DNA of 25,981 nt from Carpediemonas membranifera BICM (GCA_019828565.1 JAHDYR010000007.1:143519-169499), one strand, 5' to 3'. Positions 1 through 10,828 are shown, numbered from the stretch's first letter. Made by a program: numbers and translations. The notes: a model not told the origin generated them from the sequence alone.

Positions 1-564
1 GACCCCGTCCTCCCGGACAACCTTGATGACGAACTTGTCGAGGGGCTGGTTGATGATGTACCTCTCGGGGATCTCCTTCATGCAACCCTTGAGCACCTCG
101 ATCGCCTCTTCCTCGCCCATGTCAGCCTTCCAGTGCCTGTCGAAGTATGCCAGCGCGTAGTGGCCGAAGTAGCCATGGGCAGCAAAGTTCAGCTGGGACA
201 GGGAGCCGAGGTAGTCCATCCAGTACAGTTGGGCCCCGGTCCCGTCCACACCGCCGAATAGTATGTTCACGTTGTACGGGTGCTTGCGGAGAGCCGTCGC
301 CAGCTCGGAACGGATGAAGTTGACGCTTGCATTAACTGAAAGCGGGCTCTCGTAACTGATGTCGTACAAATTGAGGTTCTTTTGGATGTAAGAACCAAAG
401 TGGTCTGTGTCTCCGGCCTCCCCTGTGATCGCCATGGCTCTGTTCTTGCCGAGGGGCATGATCTTATCACTATCGCTCTTAAGCATCGTGATGGAGTGAA
501 TGGACGACGCATCAGCCGCCAATACTACAAAACCCTTTCCTGTTAACCCGAGGAGTGAGTCCAT
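1..564 (-). CDS. PSMB2: 20S proteasome subunit beta type-2 (beta4/Pre1), 3' end outside window
   Basis: Manual translation from ATG at 564 is open to position 1: MDSLLGLTGKGFVVLAADASS...DKIMPL...GEAGDTDHF...NFIRSELATALRKHPYNVNILFGG...LYWMDYLGSLSQLNFAAHGY. These are typical beta4 motifs. Not in the ORF track because it has no stop in the window. Confidence 0.93.
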   Translation of the reverse strand, partial: MDSLLGLTGKGFVVLAADASSIHSITMLKSDSDKIMPLGKNRAMAITGEAGDTDHFGSYIQKNLNLYDISYESPLSVNASVNFIRSELATALRKHPYNVNILFGGVDGTGAQLYWMDYLGSLSQLNFAAHGYFGHYALAYFDRHWKADMGEEEAIEVLKGCMKEIPERYIINQPLDKFVIKVVREDGV

Positions 565-740
565 TGCTTTGTGCTGATATCAACCTCGTTGTCAAATTGA
601 TGAAACCTGCGAAATACTCAGGTCGGCGCCTCGCCATGGTAAGTCTGTATGTGCGTGTACGAGTGGAGTATTCGAGCCCGAATTTCGGGCATTGAGCATT
701 TTATGGCGAAATCACGGCAAGAGAAACAAAGAAACCCACA

Positions 741-1040
741 ATGGCGGAAGTTGAGGAATGCATTAAGAGAATTAGCAGCCACAAGGGTGTTCAGGGCATC
801 GTTATTGTGAACAATGAAGGAATTCCTATCAGATCCACGCTCGACAACAAGGAGGGGAACAAATACGCAGGGCTCATCTCTCATCTTGCAACAAAGGCCC
901 GCTCCATCATCACTGAGCTCGATCCAACGAACGAGCTGAAATTTTTCCGCATTCGCTCCAACAAGCACGAGATTATGGTGTCGCCCGACAAGGATTACCT
1001 CCTCATCGTTATCCAGGACCCCGACTCCCAGCAGACGTAG
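741..1040 (+). CDS. DYNLRB: dynein light chain roadblock/LC7 family
   Basis: 99 aa, [35 protein letters not shown]...[33 protein letters not shown], close to the roadblock consensus. Confidence 0.96.
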   Translation: MAEVEECIKRISSHKGVQGIVIVNNEGIPIRSTLDNKEGNKYAGLISHLATKARSIITELDPTNELKFFRIRSNKHEIMVSPDKDYLLIVIQDPDSQQT

Positions 1041-1407
1041 ATGAACCGCGTGGTGTTTGTATATTCAATTAAAGCCTTTCGGTGAGGTTGAAGTTGAGTG
1101 CCTGGCCCTACTGGGCCGGCAAGCATTGCTGAGAGAAAAAATGTTACGCTCCACGCAGCTGTATCATCCCCTAACGAGCACACCACATGTCACGTGTCAA
1201 CCATCCAACCATGATCCCGCCGTCGCCCCCCGCTCTCCATGGTTATTCTAACCATAAAGAGTCAATTAAGGCTACATAATCGTACTATAGCCATGTATAC
1301 CGCCACTATCGCTCCCCGTAAGCCAGGATACAGTGCGTAAACTTTTTTCACGCAAAGCTTTTGGTCAGCGCGCTATAAGCCGACAACACCACCATTTCAA
1401 ACTCAGA

Positions 1408-2646
1408 ATGTCCTCTAAGCCTGCAATTGTAATCGATGTCGGTACTGGCTTTACCAAGATGGGTTACGCTGGCACTGATGAGCCTTCCTACCTGATCCCG
1501 ACGACATTTGCTGGAAACCCTCCAGAGGCCAAGCCTGGCAAGAAGCACGGCCTTGAGGACCTTGACTTTTTCATTGGCCAAGAAGCCATTGCTAAGCAGA
1601 AGTCCTACGGCCTCTCTTACCCCGTGCGCCACGGCTTGATCGAGAACTGGGATCAGATGGAAAAGTTCTGGTCGCAGTCCCTCTTCCAGTACCTCCACTG
1701 TGACCCCGAGGAGCACAACTTCCTCCTCACCGAGCCCCCGCTCAACACCCCCGAGAACCGTGAGCAGACTGCCGAGATCTGGTTCGAGACGTTCAATGCT
1801 GGTGGCATCTACATCGCTGTGCAGGCTGTCCTTGCCCTTTGCGCCTCCTGGACGTCCAAGAAGTCCGCCTCCCGCCAGCTGACGGGCACTGTTATCGACT
1901 CTGGCGACGGTGTGACCCATGTCATCCCCGTGTCGGACGGCGCAGTCATCGCCTCGGCCATCAAGCACATCCCCATCGCCGGGCGTGACTTTACGAACTT
2001 CACAATGAACATGATGCGTGGCCGTGAGAAGATGCCCACCGCTGACGCCCTCCAGATTGCCATGAGAATGAAGGAGCGCCATGCCTATGTCTGCAAGGAC
2101 CTCAAGCGCGAGATCCTGGCGTTTGACGCGTCTCCCGTGGACTACATCAAGCTCTACACTGGCATGGACCGCGTCAACATGAAGACGTTCGAGGTCGAGA
2201 TGGGCTACGAGCGTTTCATGGCCCCTGAGATCTTCTTCAACCCCGCCATCTACTCCGGCGACTTCGTCACGCCCCTGCCCGACCTGGTCGACCAGACAAT
2301 CCAGGCATGCCCCATTGATTGCCGCAAGCCTCTGTACAACAACATCGTGCTGTCAGGCGGCAGCACCATGTTCCAGAACTTCTCCAAGCGTCTGCAGCGT
2401 GATATCAAGAAGCTCGCCAACGACCGTATCAAGTACTCCCACGAGGTCAGCGGCGGCCGCATTCCCCTGGCCGAGCTCGACGTCAACGTCGTCTCCCACA
2501 AAAAGCAGCGGTACGCCGTGTGGTATGGCGGCTCCCTGCTGTCGACCACCCCCGAGTTCGGGACTGGTATGGTCCACACGAGAGAGGACTACCTCGAGTA
2601 CGGCCCCAGTATCTGCAGGCACAACCCAGTCCTCGGTCTCAACTAG
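1408..2646 (+). CDS. ARP3: actin-related protein 3 (Arp2/3 complex)
   Basis: MSSKPAIVIDVGTGFTKMGYAG, DLDFFIG, FLLTEPPLNTPENRE, YIAVQAVLAL.ASW, LTGTVIDSGDGVTHVIPV, C-terminal EYGPSICRHNPV. Start placed at ATG 1408 rather than the upstream GTG at 1333. Confidence 0.96.
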   Translation: MSSKPAIVIDVGTGFTKMGYAGTDEPSYLIPTTFAGNPPEAKPGKKHGLEDLDFFIGQEAIAKQKSYGLSYPVRHGLIENWDQMEKFWSQSLFQYLHCDPEEHNFLLTEPPLNTPENREQTAEIWFETFNAGGIYIAVQAVLALCASWTSKKSASRQLTGTVIDSGDGVTHVIPVSDGAVIASAIKHIPIAGRDFTNFTMNMMRGREKMPTADALQIAMRMKERHAYVCKDLKREILAFDASPVDYIKLYTGMDRVNMKTFEVEMGYERFMAPEIFFNPAIYSGDFVTPLPDLVDQTIQACPIDCRKPLYNNIVLSGGSTMFQNFSKRLQRDIKKLANDRIKYSHEVSGGRIPLAELDVNVVSHKKQRYAVWYGGSLLSTTPEFGTGMVHTREDYLEYGPSICRHNPVLGLN

Positions 2647-2826
2647 GGGATCGATAAATGTACTATTTTCACTGGGCTAGAGCTAGAGTCCCTCTGTCTG
2701 TAGTGGGCCTGTCTTTTGAAGTATCATAGAGTGCACAGTGCAAGTAGTAAAGTAAGACTCTTGTTGTATCGAGACCTCATCTTTCAGAAGTGCAGTTTAT
2801 GTCACAAAAATTTGGACCTGACGATT

Positions 2827-3476
2827 ATGCCCGTATGTGGCCTGCAGTTGACGAATTTACATAGAAGAAAGGAAAGAAGGGCAAGAAGGGTAAGAAGGGA
2901 AAGAAGGGGAAGAAGGGAAAGGCCTCTGGAGACGGCCTCGAACTGACGATTGAAGATAAGTACGCAAAGGCTGTCCTTAAGATTGAAAGTCTTGAGAGAG
3001 CTCTTGTTGCAAAGTCTGAGCAAACCAACCAGGCGCTGATTGGCCAAAAATCCCTTCAGAGCCAGCTTCTCCGCTACAAGGAGGACGTGGAACGTGAGAG
3101 AGCCGACCGGTACGACATCACGGCGGACATGACGAGGCAGTTCAAATCCATGCAGGACGACCTCATTGCGCGCATCAATGGTCTCGAGGACGAGCTCAGC
3201 CAGATGAAGGGGCAGCTCGTCGAGGCTGAGACCCGCGAGGGCTTCCAGCTTGCGGAGAAGGACAAGATCATCGCCGAGAAGGATGAGGAGATCAGGCAGC
3301 TACAGCTTCGACAGGAGGACATGGCGAATGAGTTTGCCGACATGCTCAAGGAGACTCTGGGTCGTATGACTCAGCGTATGTCCATCGTCAACAGAGAAGT
3401 CGGGGGGACGGTCTCAGCCATGGACGAGTCACAGATGCTGCAAGCGGGGGGTAGTGACAAGCTACCAACGATATGA
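2827..3476 (+). CDS. DRC12: coiled-coil protein DRC12/CCDC153-like (dynein regulatory complex), 2 exons: 2827-2832 and 2865-3476
   Basis: Splicing out 2833-2864 gives MP(KKG)6KASGDGLELTIEDKY...ITADMTRQFKSMQDDL...MANEFADMLKETL. A basic N-terminus, an MTRQ motif and a coiled coil match CCDC153 as I recall it. Confidence 0.72.
2833..2864 (+). other. 32-nt spliceosomal intron
   Basis: GTATGT donor, TTGAC putative branch point, ATAG acceptor. Removal joins ATG CCC in frame to the long downstream ORF. Confidence 0.8.
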
Positions 3477-3520
3477 GGTGAGTGGTGCCGGTCGATGGGC
3501 TGGCATGGTAAGGTAAATGA

Positions 3521-4127
3521 GTAAATGTCTGTGTGTTGTTGGCCACTTTGAGGCTGAAGGCTGCGAACGGATGCCAACTGCATCCCTTCTAACCCTGCTT
3601 GCAGGTACAACCAATGGGGGAAAAACATTTACGTATTTTACCAGTTTACTGGTGGTTTGGTCTCAAACGTGTCTCAAATGTTCGCCCGGCTTGGGTACGA
3701 GCCGAGCAGTGCTGGCTCGCACGAAGGTTTGCGCTGTTCAAGCTTCCTTGACTTGGCGACTCCGCGCCAAAATCGACCAAACGAATTTTGTGTCCACGCT
3801 CCCCGCGCCGGAGTCGCGTCGGCGCATCTACGCGCCCTCCCACTCGCAGAGTGCTCCTCGTTGTGGTGGTCCCACAGGGCAAGACACTCAAGCAAACGAT
3901 GGACCGTTTACAGAAGAATTTATGTCAGTTTACATAAACTGCACTGACTCTGAGGTCTAAGACTATTGCACTCGTTATTCTGATGTGCCGCGGAGGATTA
4001 GAATTATTGAGTTCAAAGCACACAATGATCCAAGCAGAATCAGGATCGCAGTGTGGTTCATCATACTCTATCAATCGTGCGCAGCATATCACGCGTGCTG
4101 CAGCGCGTGCTTGCTCAACTTAGCAAG
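3521..4127 (-). ncRNA. candidate Fanzor omegaRNA / structured 3' region (present in all 7 units; boundaries unknown)
   Basis: Lies directly downstream of the Fanzor stop codon and is dense in stems: 4110-4127, 4090-4109, 3926-3941, 3756-3764 with 3809-3817, 3698-3719, 3640-3653, 3569-3585. Confidence 0.4.
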
Positions 4128-4756
4128 TTAATGATAGCGAGGAAGAGCACCTCTCTGGGTGCCGTAATGAAAAGGAGATAGCCCTATCTGATCTGGAGTG
4201 GCGTCGAAGGTACACCAATGGATGTTCTCGCTGGCGCTCTTATCTCGGTGAGAGAGATTGAGAAGCATGTCTCTCTGCTCGGGATGCCGACTTAGCCGTT
4301 TATCGCGCCATGGAGCTCCCTCGCACGCGGGATTCTGGCAGAGCATGGTGCGGTGTGCACCACACGTCTGAAGTGTGCTTTGCAGTATGGGCACACGATG
4401 GAAGTGCGGAATTCCGAGACCATGGCAACAGTCACGACGACGTTGTGCCGGAGCATGATGCCTGGTAGAGCTCGAGCAAAGTGGCGGTACGGAGCACACG
4501 AGGGAGTGCCGGCGGAACCGAACAGTGCAGCCCCATACGCCACTTTGAGGTGAATGGGCTCCGTTCTTCTGGTCAGAAATGCTACATCTGACAAAACATA
4601 AAACATCCCTGCCCGCATGATCGCCCTTACCATGGCTGATGCCCTCATGTCCGCTACCCTGTTGGTGTATGACAAGAGGTGCGCCAAGCTGGGACTGTTC
4701 AACTCGCTGGAGCTCCTCCCGGCAGGGCTGTCGGCATAAGCCAGTAATTTACGTGA
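4128..4756 (-). pseudogene. Fanzor/TnpB-like nuclease 3' fragment, unit 1 (frameshifted)
   Basis: HLLSYTNR...LKVAYGAALF...APYRHFARAL...VAMVSEFRTSIVCPYC, then after a -1 shift LCQNPAC...HRDKSASENI. These correspond to RuvC-II Glu, zinc finger and RuvC-III Asp. Confidence 0.8.
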
Positions 4757-4843
4757 TTAATGGAAAATCACAAAATGCACGGATGTGCCACAGAACTCGT
4801 GCTTGCAAAGACAACGACTATGTACAGAAGTTTACTCTTATGA

Positions 4844-5179
4844 TTAATCCCGATTGTGGATCATGGCGAGAATCCTGCCAGGCAGCTCTTCGATTGTGGC
4901 GTTGAGCTGGCGAATGTCGCCACGAACCTCAGCAAATTGGCCACGAACCTCATCCTGGAAAGCACGGAAGTCTCTCCAGGTCACATAGCTGTCATCCTCG
5001 TGTTGCATGCCGTTTTCTGCCATATTTTCTTCCATATTCTGCTCGGGAACGCGTTGTTCTGGCATGCGACGGAGATCCACCTCATCTTGAGGCCTGTGGA
5101 AACCGTTCACAGCGGCATGGCGGAGCTCGGGGTTGCCATCATCATCGCGGGGCTCGGGGTTCCTCGGGGTTGATGGCAT
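4844..5179 (-). CDS. small coiled-coil protein (111 aa), unit 1
   Basis: MPSTPRNPEP...YVTWRDFRAFQDEVRGQFAEVRGDIRQLNATIEEL. Frame is intact in all six copies despite indels. Confidence 0.6.
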   Translation of the reverse strand: MPSTPRNPEPRDDDGNPELRHAAVNGFHRPQDEVDLRRMPEQRVPEQNMEENMAENGMQHEDDSYVTWRDFRAFQDEVRGQFAEVRGDIRQLNATIEELPGRILAMIHNRD

Positions 5180-5797
5180 GGTAAATATCGTAAATGTCTG
5201 TGTGTTGTTGGCCACTTTGAGGCTGAAGGCTGCGAACGGATGCCAACTGCATCCCTTCTAACCCTGCTTGCAGGTACAACCAATGGGGGAAAAACATTTA
5301 CGTATTTTACCAGTTTACTGGTGGTTTGGTCTCAAACGTGTCTCAAATGTTCGCCCGGCTTGGGTACGAGCCGAGCAGTGCTGGCTCGCACGAAGGTTTG
5401 CGCTGTTCAAGCTTCCTTGACTTGGCGACTCCGCGCCAAAAATCGACCAAACGAATTTTGTGTCCACGCTCCCCGCGCCGGAGTCGCGTCGGCGCATCTA
5501 CGCGCCCTCTCACTCGCAGAGTGCACCTCGTTGTGGTGGTCCCACAGGGCAAGACACTCAAGCAAACGATGGACCGTTTACAGAAGAATTTATGTGAGTT
5601 TACATAAACTGCACTGACTCTGAGGTCTAAGACTATTGCACTCGTTATTCTGATGTGCCGCGGAGGATTAGAATTATTGAGTTCAAAGCACACAATGATC
5701 CAAGCAGAATCAGGATCGCAGTGTGGTTCATCATACTCTATCAATCGTGCGCAGCATATCACGCGTGCTGCAGCGCGTGCTTGCTCAACTTAGCAAG

Positions 5798-6426
5798 TTA
5801 ATGATAGCGAGGAAGAGCACCTCTCTGGGTGCCGTAATGAAAAGGAGATAGCCCTATCTGATCTGGAGTGGCGTCGAAGGTACACCAATGGATGTTCTCG
5901 CTGGCGCTCTTATCTCGGTGAGAGAGATTGAGAAGCATGTCTCTCTGCTCGGGATGCCGACTTAGCCGTTTATCGCGCCATGGAGCTCCCTCGCACGCGG
6001 GATTCTGGCAGAGCATGGTGCGGTGTGCACCACACGTCTGAAGTGTGCTTTGCAGTATGGGCACACGATGGAAGTGCGGAATTCCGAGACCATGGCAACA
6101 GTCACGACGACGTTGTGCCGGAGCATGATGCCTGGTAGAGCTCGAGCAAAGTGGCGGTACGGAGCACACGAGGGAGTGCCGGCGGAACCGAACAGTGCAG
6201 CCCCATACGCCACTTTGAGGTGAATGGGCTCCGTTCTTCTGGTCAGAAATGCTACATCTGACAAAACATAAAACATCCCTGCCCGCATGATCGCCCTTAC
6301 CATGGCTGATGCCCTCATGTCCGCTACCCTGTTGGTGTATGACAAGAGGTGCGCCAAGCTGGGACTGTTCAACCCGCTGGAGCTCCTCCCGGCAGGGCTG
6401 TCGGCATAAGCCAGTAATTTACGTGA
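5798..6426 (-). pseudogene. Fanzor 3' fragment, unit 2 (frameshifted)
   Basis: Same motifs as unit 1. Confidence 0.8.
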
Positions 6427-6513
6427 TTAATGGAAAATCACAAAATGCACGGATGTGCCACAGAACTCGTGCTTGCAAAGACAACGACTATGTACAGAAG
6501 TTTACTCTTATGA

Positions 6514-6858
6514 TTAATCCCGATTGTGGATCATGGCGAGAATCCTGCCAGGCAGCTCTTCGATTGTGGCGTTGAGCTGGCGAATGTCGCCACGAACCTC
6601 AGCAAATTGGCCATGAACCTCAGCAAATTGGCCACGAACCTCATCCTGGAAAGCACGGAAGTCTCTCCAGGTCACATAGCTGTCATCCTCGTGTTGCATG
6701 CCGTTTTCTTCCATATTCTGCTCGGGAACGCGTTGTTCTGGCATGCGACGGAGATCCACCTCATCTTGAGGCCTGTGGAAACCGTTCACAGCGGCATGGC
6801 GGAGCTCGGGGTTGCCATCATCATCGCGGGGCTCGGGGTTCCTCGGGGTTGATGGCAT
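6514..6858 (-). CDS. small coiled-coil protein (114 aa), unit 2
   Basis: One extra heptad (HGQFAEV) and a 4-aa deletion (MAEN) relative to unit 1. Confidence 0.6.
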   Translation of the reverse strand: MPSTPRNPEPRDDDGNPELRHAAVNGFHRPQDEVDLRRMPEQRVPEQNMEENGMQHEDDSYVTWRDFRAFQDEVRGQFAEVHGQFAEVRGDIRQLNATIEELPGRILAMIHNRD

Positions 6859-7476
6859 GGTAAATATCGTAAATGTCTGTGTGTTGTTGGCCACTTTGAG
6901 GCTGAAGGCTGCGAACGGATGCCAACTGCATCCCTTCTAACCCTGCTTGCAGGTACAACCAATGGGGGAAAAACATTTACGTATTTTACCAGTTTACTGG
7001 TGGTTTGGTCTCAAACGTGTCTCAAATGTTCGCCCGGCTTGGGTACGAGCCGAGCAGTGCTGGCTCGCACGAAGGTTTGCGCTGTTCAAGCTTCCTTGAC
7101 TTGGCGACTCCGCGCCAAAAATCGACCAAACGAATTTTGTGTCCACGCTCCCCGCGCCGGAGTCGCGTCGGCGCATCTACGCGCCCTCCCACTCGCAGAG
7201 TGCTCCTCGTTGTGGTGGTCCCACAGGGCAAGACACTCAAGCAAACGATGGACCGTTTACAGAAGAATTTATGTCAGTTTACATAAACTGCACTGACTCT
7301 GAGGTCTAAGACTATTGCACTCGTTATTCTGATGTGCCGCGGAGGATTAGAATTATTGAGTTCAAAGCACACAATGATCCAAGCAGAATCAGGATCGCAG
7401 TGTGGTTCATCATACTCTATCAATCGTGCGCAGCATATCACGCGTGCTGCAGCGCGTGCTTGCTCAACTTAGCAAG

Positions 7477-8105
7477 TTAATGATAGCGAGGAAGAGCACC
7501 TCTCTGGGTGCCGTAATGAAAAGGAGATAGCCCTATCTGATCTGGAGTGGCGTCGAAGGTATACCAATGGATGTTCTCGCTGGCGCTCTTATCTCGGTGA
7601 GAGAGATTGAGAAGCATGTCTCTCTGCTCGGGATGCCGACTTAGCCGTTTATCGCGCCATGGAGCTCCCTCGCACGCGGGATTCTGGCAGAGCATGGTGC
7701 GGTGTGCACCACACGTCTGAAGTGTGCTTTGCAGTATGGGCACACGATGGAAGTGCGGAATTCCGAGACCATGGCAACAGTCACGACGACGTTGTGCCGG
7801 AGCATGATGCCTGGTAGAGCTCGAGCAAAGTGGCGGTACGGAGCACACGAGGGAGTGCCGGCGGAACCGAACAGTGCAGCCCCATACGCCACTTTGAGGT
7901 GAATGGGCTCCGTTCTTCTGGTCAGAAATGCTACATCTGACAAAACATAAAACATCCCTGCCCGCATGATCGCCCTTACCATGGCTGATGCCCTCATGTC
8001 CGCTACCCTGTTGGTGTATGACAAGAGGTGCGCCAAGCTGGGACTGTTCAACCCGCTGGAGCTCCTCCCGGCAGGGCTGTCGGCATAAGCCAGTAATTTA
8101 CGTGA
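7477..8105 (-). pseudogene. Fanzor 3' fragment, unit 3 (frameshifted)
   Basis: Same motifs as unit 1, with one C-to-Y change (HWYTF). Confidence 0.8.
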
Positions 8106-8192
8106 TTAATGGAAAATCACAAAATGCACGGATGTGCCACAGAACTCGTGCTTGCAAAGACAACGACTATGTACAGAAGTTTACTCTTATGA

Positions 8193-8528
8193 TTAATCCC
8201 GATTGTGGATCATGGCGAGAATCCTGCCAGGCAGCTCTTCGATTGTGGCGTTGAGCTGGCGAATGTCGCCACGAACCTCAGCAAATTGGCCACGAACCTC
8301 ATCCTGGAAAGCACGGAAGTCTCTCCAGGTCACATAGCTGTCATCCTCGTGTTGCATGCCGTTTTCTGCCATATTTTCTTCCATATTCTGCTCGGGAACG
8401 CGTTGTTCTGGCATGCGACGGAGATCCACCTCATCTTGAGGCCTGTGGAAACCGTTCACAGCGGCATGGCGGAGCTCGGGGTTGCCATCATCATCGCGGG
8501 GCTCGGGGTTCCTCGGGGTTGATGGCAT
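8193..8528 (-). CDS. small coiled-coil protein (111 aa), unit 3
   Basis: Same protein as unit 1. Confidence 0.6.
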   Translation of the reverse strand: MPSTPRNPEPRDDDGNPELRHAAVNGFHRPQDEVDLRRMPEQRVPEQNMEENMAENGMQHEDDSYVTWRDFRAFQDEVRGQFAEVRGDIRQLNATIEELPGRILAMIHNRD

Positions 8529-9148
8529 GGTAAATATCGTAAATGTCTGTGTGTTGTTGGCCACTTTGAGGCTGAAGGCTGCGAACGGATGCCAACTGCA
8601 TCCCTTCTAACCCCTGCTTGCAGGTACAACCAATGGGGGAAAAACATTTACGTATTTTTACCAGTTTACTGGTGGTTTGGTCTCAAACGTGTCTCAAATG
8701 TTCGCCCGGCTTGGGTACGAGCCGAGCAGTGCTGGCTCGCACGAAGGTTTGCGCTGTTCAAGCTTCCTTGACTTGGCGACTCCGCGCCAAAAATCGACCA
8801 AACGAATTTTGTGTCCACGCTCCCCGCGCCGGAGTCGCGTCGGCGCATCTACGCGCCCTCCCACTCGCAGAGTGCTCCTCGTTGTGGTGGTCCCACAGGG
8901 CAAGACACTCAAGCAAACGATGGACCGTTTACAGAAGAATTTATGTCAGTTTACATAAACTGCACTGACTCTGAGGTCTAAGACTATTGCACTCGTTATT
9001 CTGATGTGCCGCGGAGGATTAGAATTATTGAGTTCAAAGCACACAATGATCCAAGCAGAATCAGGATCGCAGTGTGGTTCATCATACTCTATCAATCGTG
9101 CGCAGCATATCACGCGTGCTGCAGCGCGTGCTTGCTCAACTTAGCAAG

Positions 9149-9777
9149 TTAATGATAGCGAGGAAGAGCACCTCTCTGGGTGCCGTAATGAAAAGGAGAT
9201 AGCCCTATCTGATCTGGAGTGGCGTCGAAGGTACACCAATGGATGTTCTCGCTGGCGCTCTTATCTCGGTGAGAGAGATTGAGAAGCATGTCTCTCTGCT
9301 CGGGATGCCGACTTAGCCGTTTATCGCGCCATGGAGCTCCCTCGCACGCGGGATTCTGGCAGAGCATGGTGCGGTGTGCACCACACGTCTGAAGTGTGCT
9401 TTGCAGTATGGGCACACGATGGAAGTGCGGAATTCCGAGACCATGGCAACAGTCACGACGACGTTGTGCCGGAGCATGATGCCTGGTAGAGCTCGAGCAA
9501 AGTGGCGGTACGGAGCACACGAGGGAGTGCCGGCGGAACCGAACAGTGCAGCCCCATACGCCACTTTGAGGTGAATGGGCTCCGTTCTTCTGGTCAGAAA
9601 TGCTACATCTGACAAAACATAAAACATCCCTGCCCGCATGATCGCCCTTACCATGGCTGATGCCCTCATGTCCGCTACCCTGTTGGTGTATGACAAGAGG
9701 TGCGCCAAGCTGGGACTGTTCAACCCGCTGGAGCTCCTCCCGGCAGGGCTGTCGGCATAAGCCAGTAATTTACGTGA
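9149..9777 (-). pseudogene. Fanzor 3' fragment, unit 4 (frameshifted)
   Basis: Same motifs as unit 1. Confidence 0.8.
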
Positions 9778-9864
9778 TTAATGGAAAATCACAAAATGCA
9801 CGGATGTGCCACAGAACTCGTGCTTGCAAAGACAACGACTATGTACAGAAGTTTACTCTTATGA

Positions 9865-10209
9865 TTAATCCCGATTGTGGATCATGGCGAGAATCCTGCC
9901 AGGCAGCTCTTCGATTGTGGCGTTGAGCTGGCGAATGTCGCCACGAACCTCAGCAAATTGGCCATGAACCTCAGCAAATTGGCCACGAACCTCATCCTGG
10001 AAAGCACGGAAGTCTCTCCAGGTCACATAGCTGTCATCCTCGTGTTGCATGCCGTTTTCTTCCATATTCTGCTCGGGAACGCGTTGTTCTGGCATGCGAC
10101 GGAGATCCACCTCATCTTGAGGCCTGTGGAAACCGTTCACAGCGGCATGGCGGAGCTCGGGGTTGCCATCATCATCGCGGGGCTCGGGGTTCCTCGGGGT
10201 TGATGGCAT
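9865..10209 (-). CDS. small coiled-coil protein (114 aa), unit 4
   Basis: Same protein as unit 2. Confidence 0.6.
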   Translation of the reverse strand: MPSTPRNPEPRDDDGNPELRHAAVNGFHRPQDEVDLRRMPEQRVPEQNMEENGMQHEDDSYVTWRDFRAFQDEVRGQFAEVHGQFAEVRGDIRQLNATIEELPGRILAMIHNRD

Positions 10210-10828
10210 GGTAAATATCGTAAATGTCTGTGTGTTGTTGGCCACTTTGAGGGCTGAAGGCTGCGAACGGATGCCAACTGCATCCCTTCTAACCCTGCTT
10301 GCAGGTACAACCAATGGGGGGAAAACATTTACGTATTTTACCAGTTTACTGGTGGTTTGGTCTCAAACGTGTCTCAAATGTTCGCCCGGCTTGGGTACGA
10401 GCCGAGCAGTGCTGGCTCGCACGAAGGTTTGCGCTGTTCAAGCTTCCTTGACTTGGCGACTCCGCGCCAAAAATCGACCAAACGAATTTTGTGTCCACGC
10501 TCCCCGCGCCGGAGTCGCGTCGGCGCATCTACGCGCCCTCTCACTCGCAGAGTGCACCTCGTTGTGGTGGTCCCACAGGGCAAGACACTCAAGCAAACGA
10601 TGGACCGTTTACAGAAGAATTTATGTGAGTTTACATAAACTGCACTGACTCTGAGGTCTAAGACTATTGCACTCGTTATTCTGATGTGCCGCGGAGGATT
10701 AGAATTATTGAGTTCAAAGCACACAATGATCCAAGCAGAATCAGGATCGCAGTGTGGTTCATCATACTCTATCAATCGTGCGCAGCATATCACGCGTGCT
10801 GCAGCGCGTGCTTGCTCAACTTAGCAAG

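Noticed and set aside
1333-1407. N-terminal extension of Arp3 from GTG 1333
   Set aside because: Non-ATG start; Arp3 homology begins at MSSKPAIVID (1408).
267-2680. Overlapping shadow ORFs on and opposite PSMB2, roadblock and Arp3
   Set aside because: By-products of GC3-rich codon usage in the real genes.
3517-3960. Plus- and minus-strand ORFs in the structured region of each unit (MPTASLL..., MVSNVSQ..., MICCARL...)
   Set aside because: Frames change between units through 1-bp indels and there are no recognisable motifs. Some indels may be errors, so coding is not fully excluded.
3521-4611. The 1.09-kb segment present 7 times as the LTR of the gypsy element (tandem TRIM-like model)
   Set aside because: The Fanzor reading frame continues across its right edge in units 1-6, it lacks TG...CA ends, and a better TG...CA candidate starts at 14737.
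4617-4739. Plus-strand MIALTMADALMSATLL... resembling a chorismate synthase C-terminus
   Set aside because: Only 40 aa with a weak resemblance, and it is antisense to the Fanzor helix region, which explains the sequence better.
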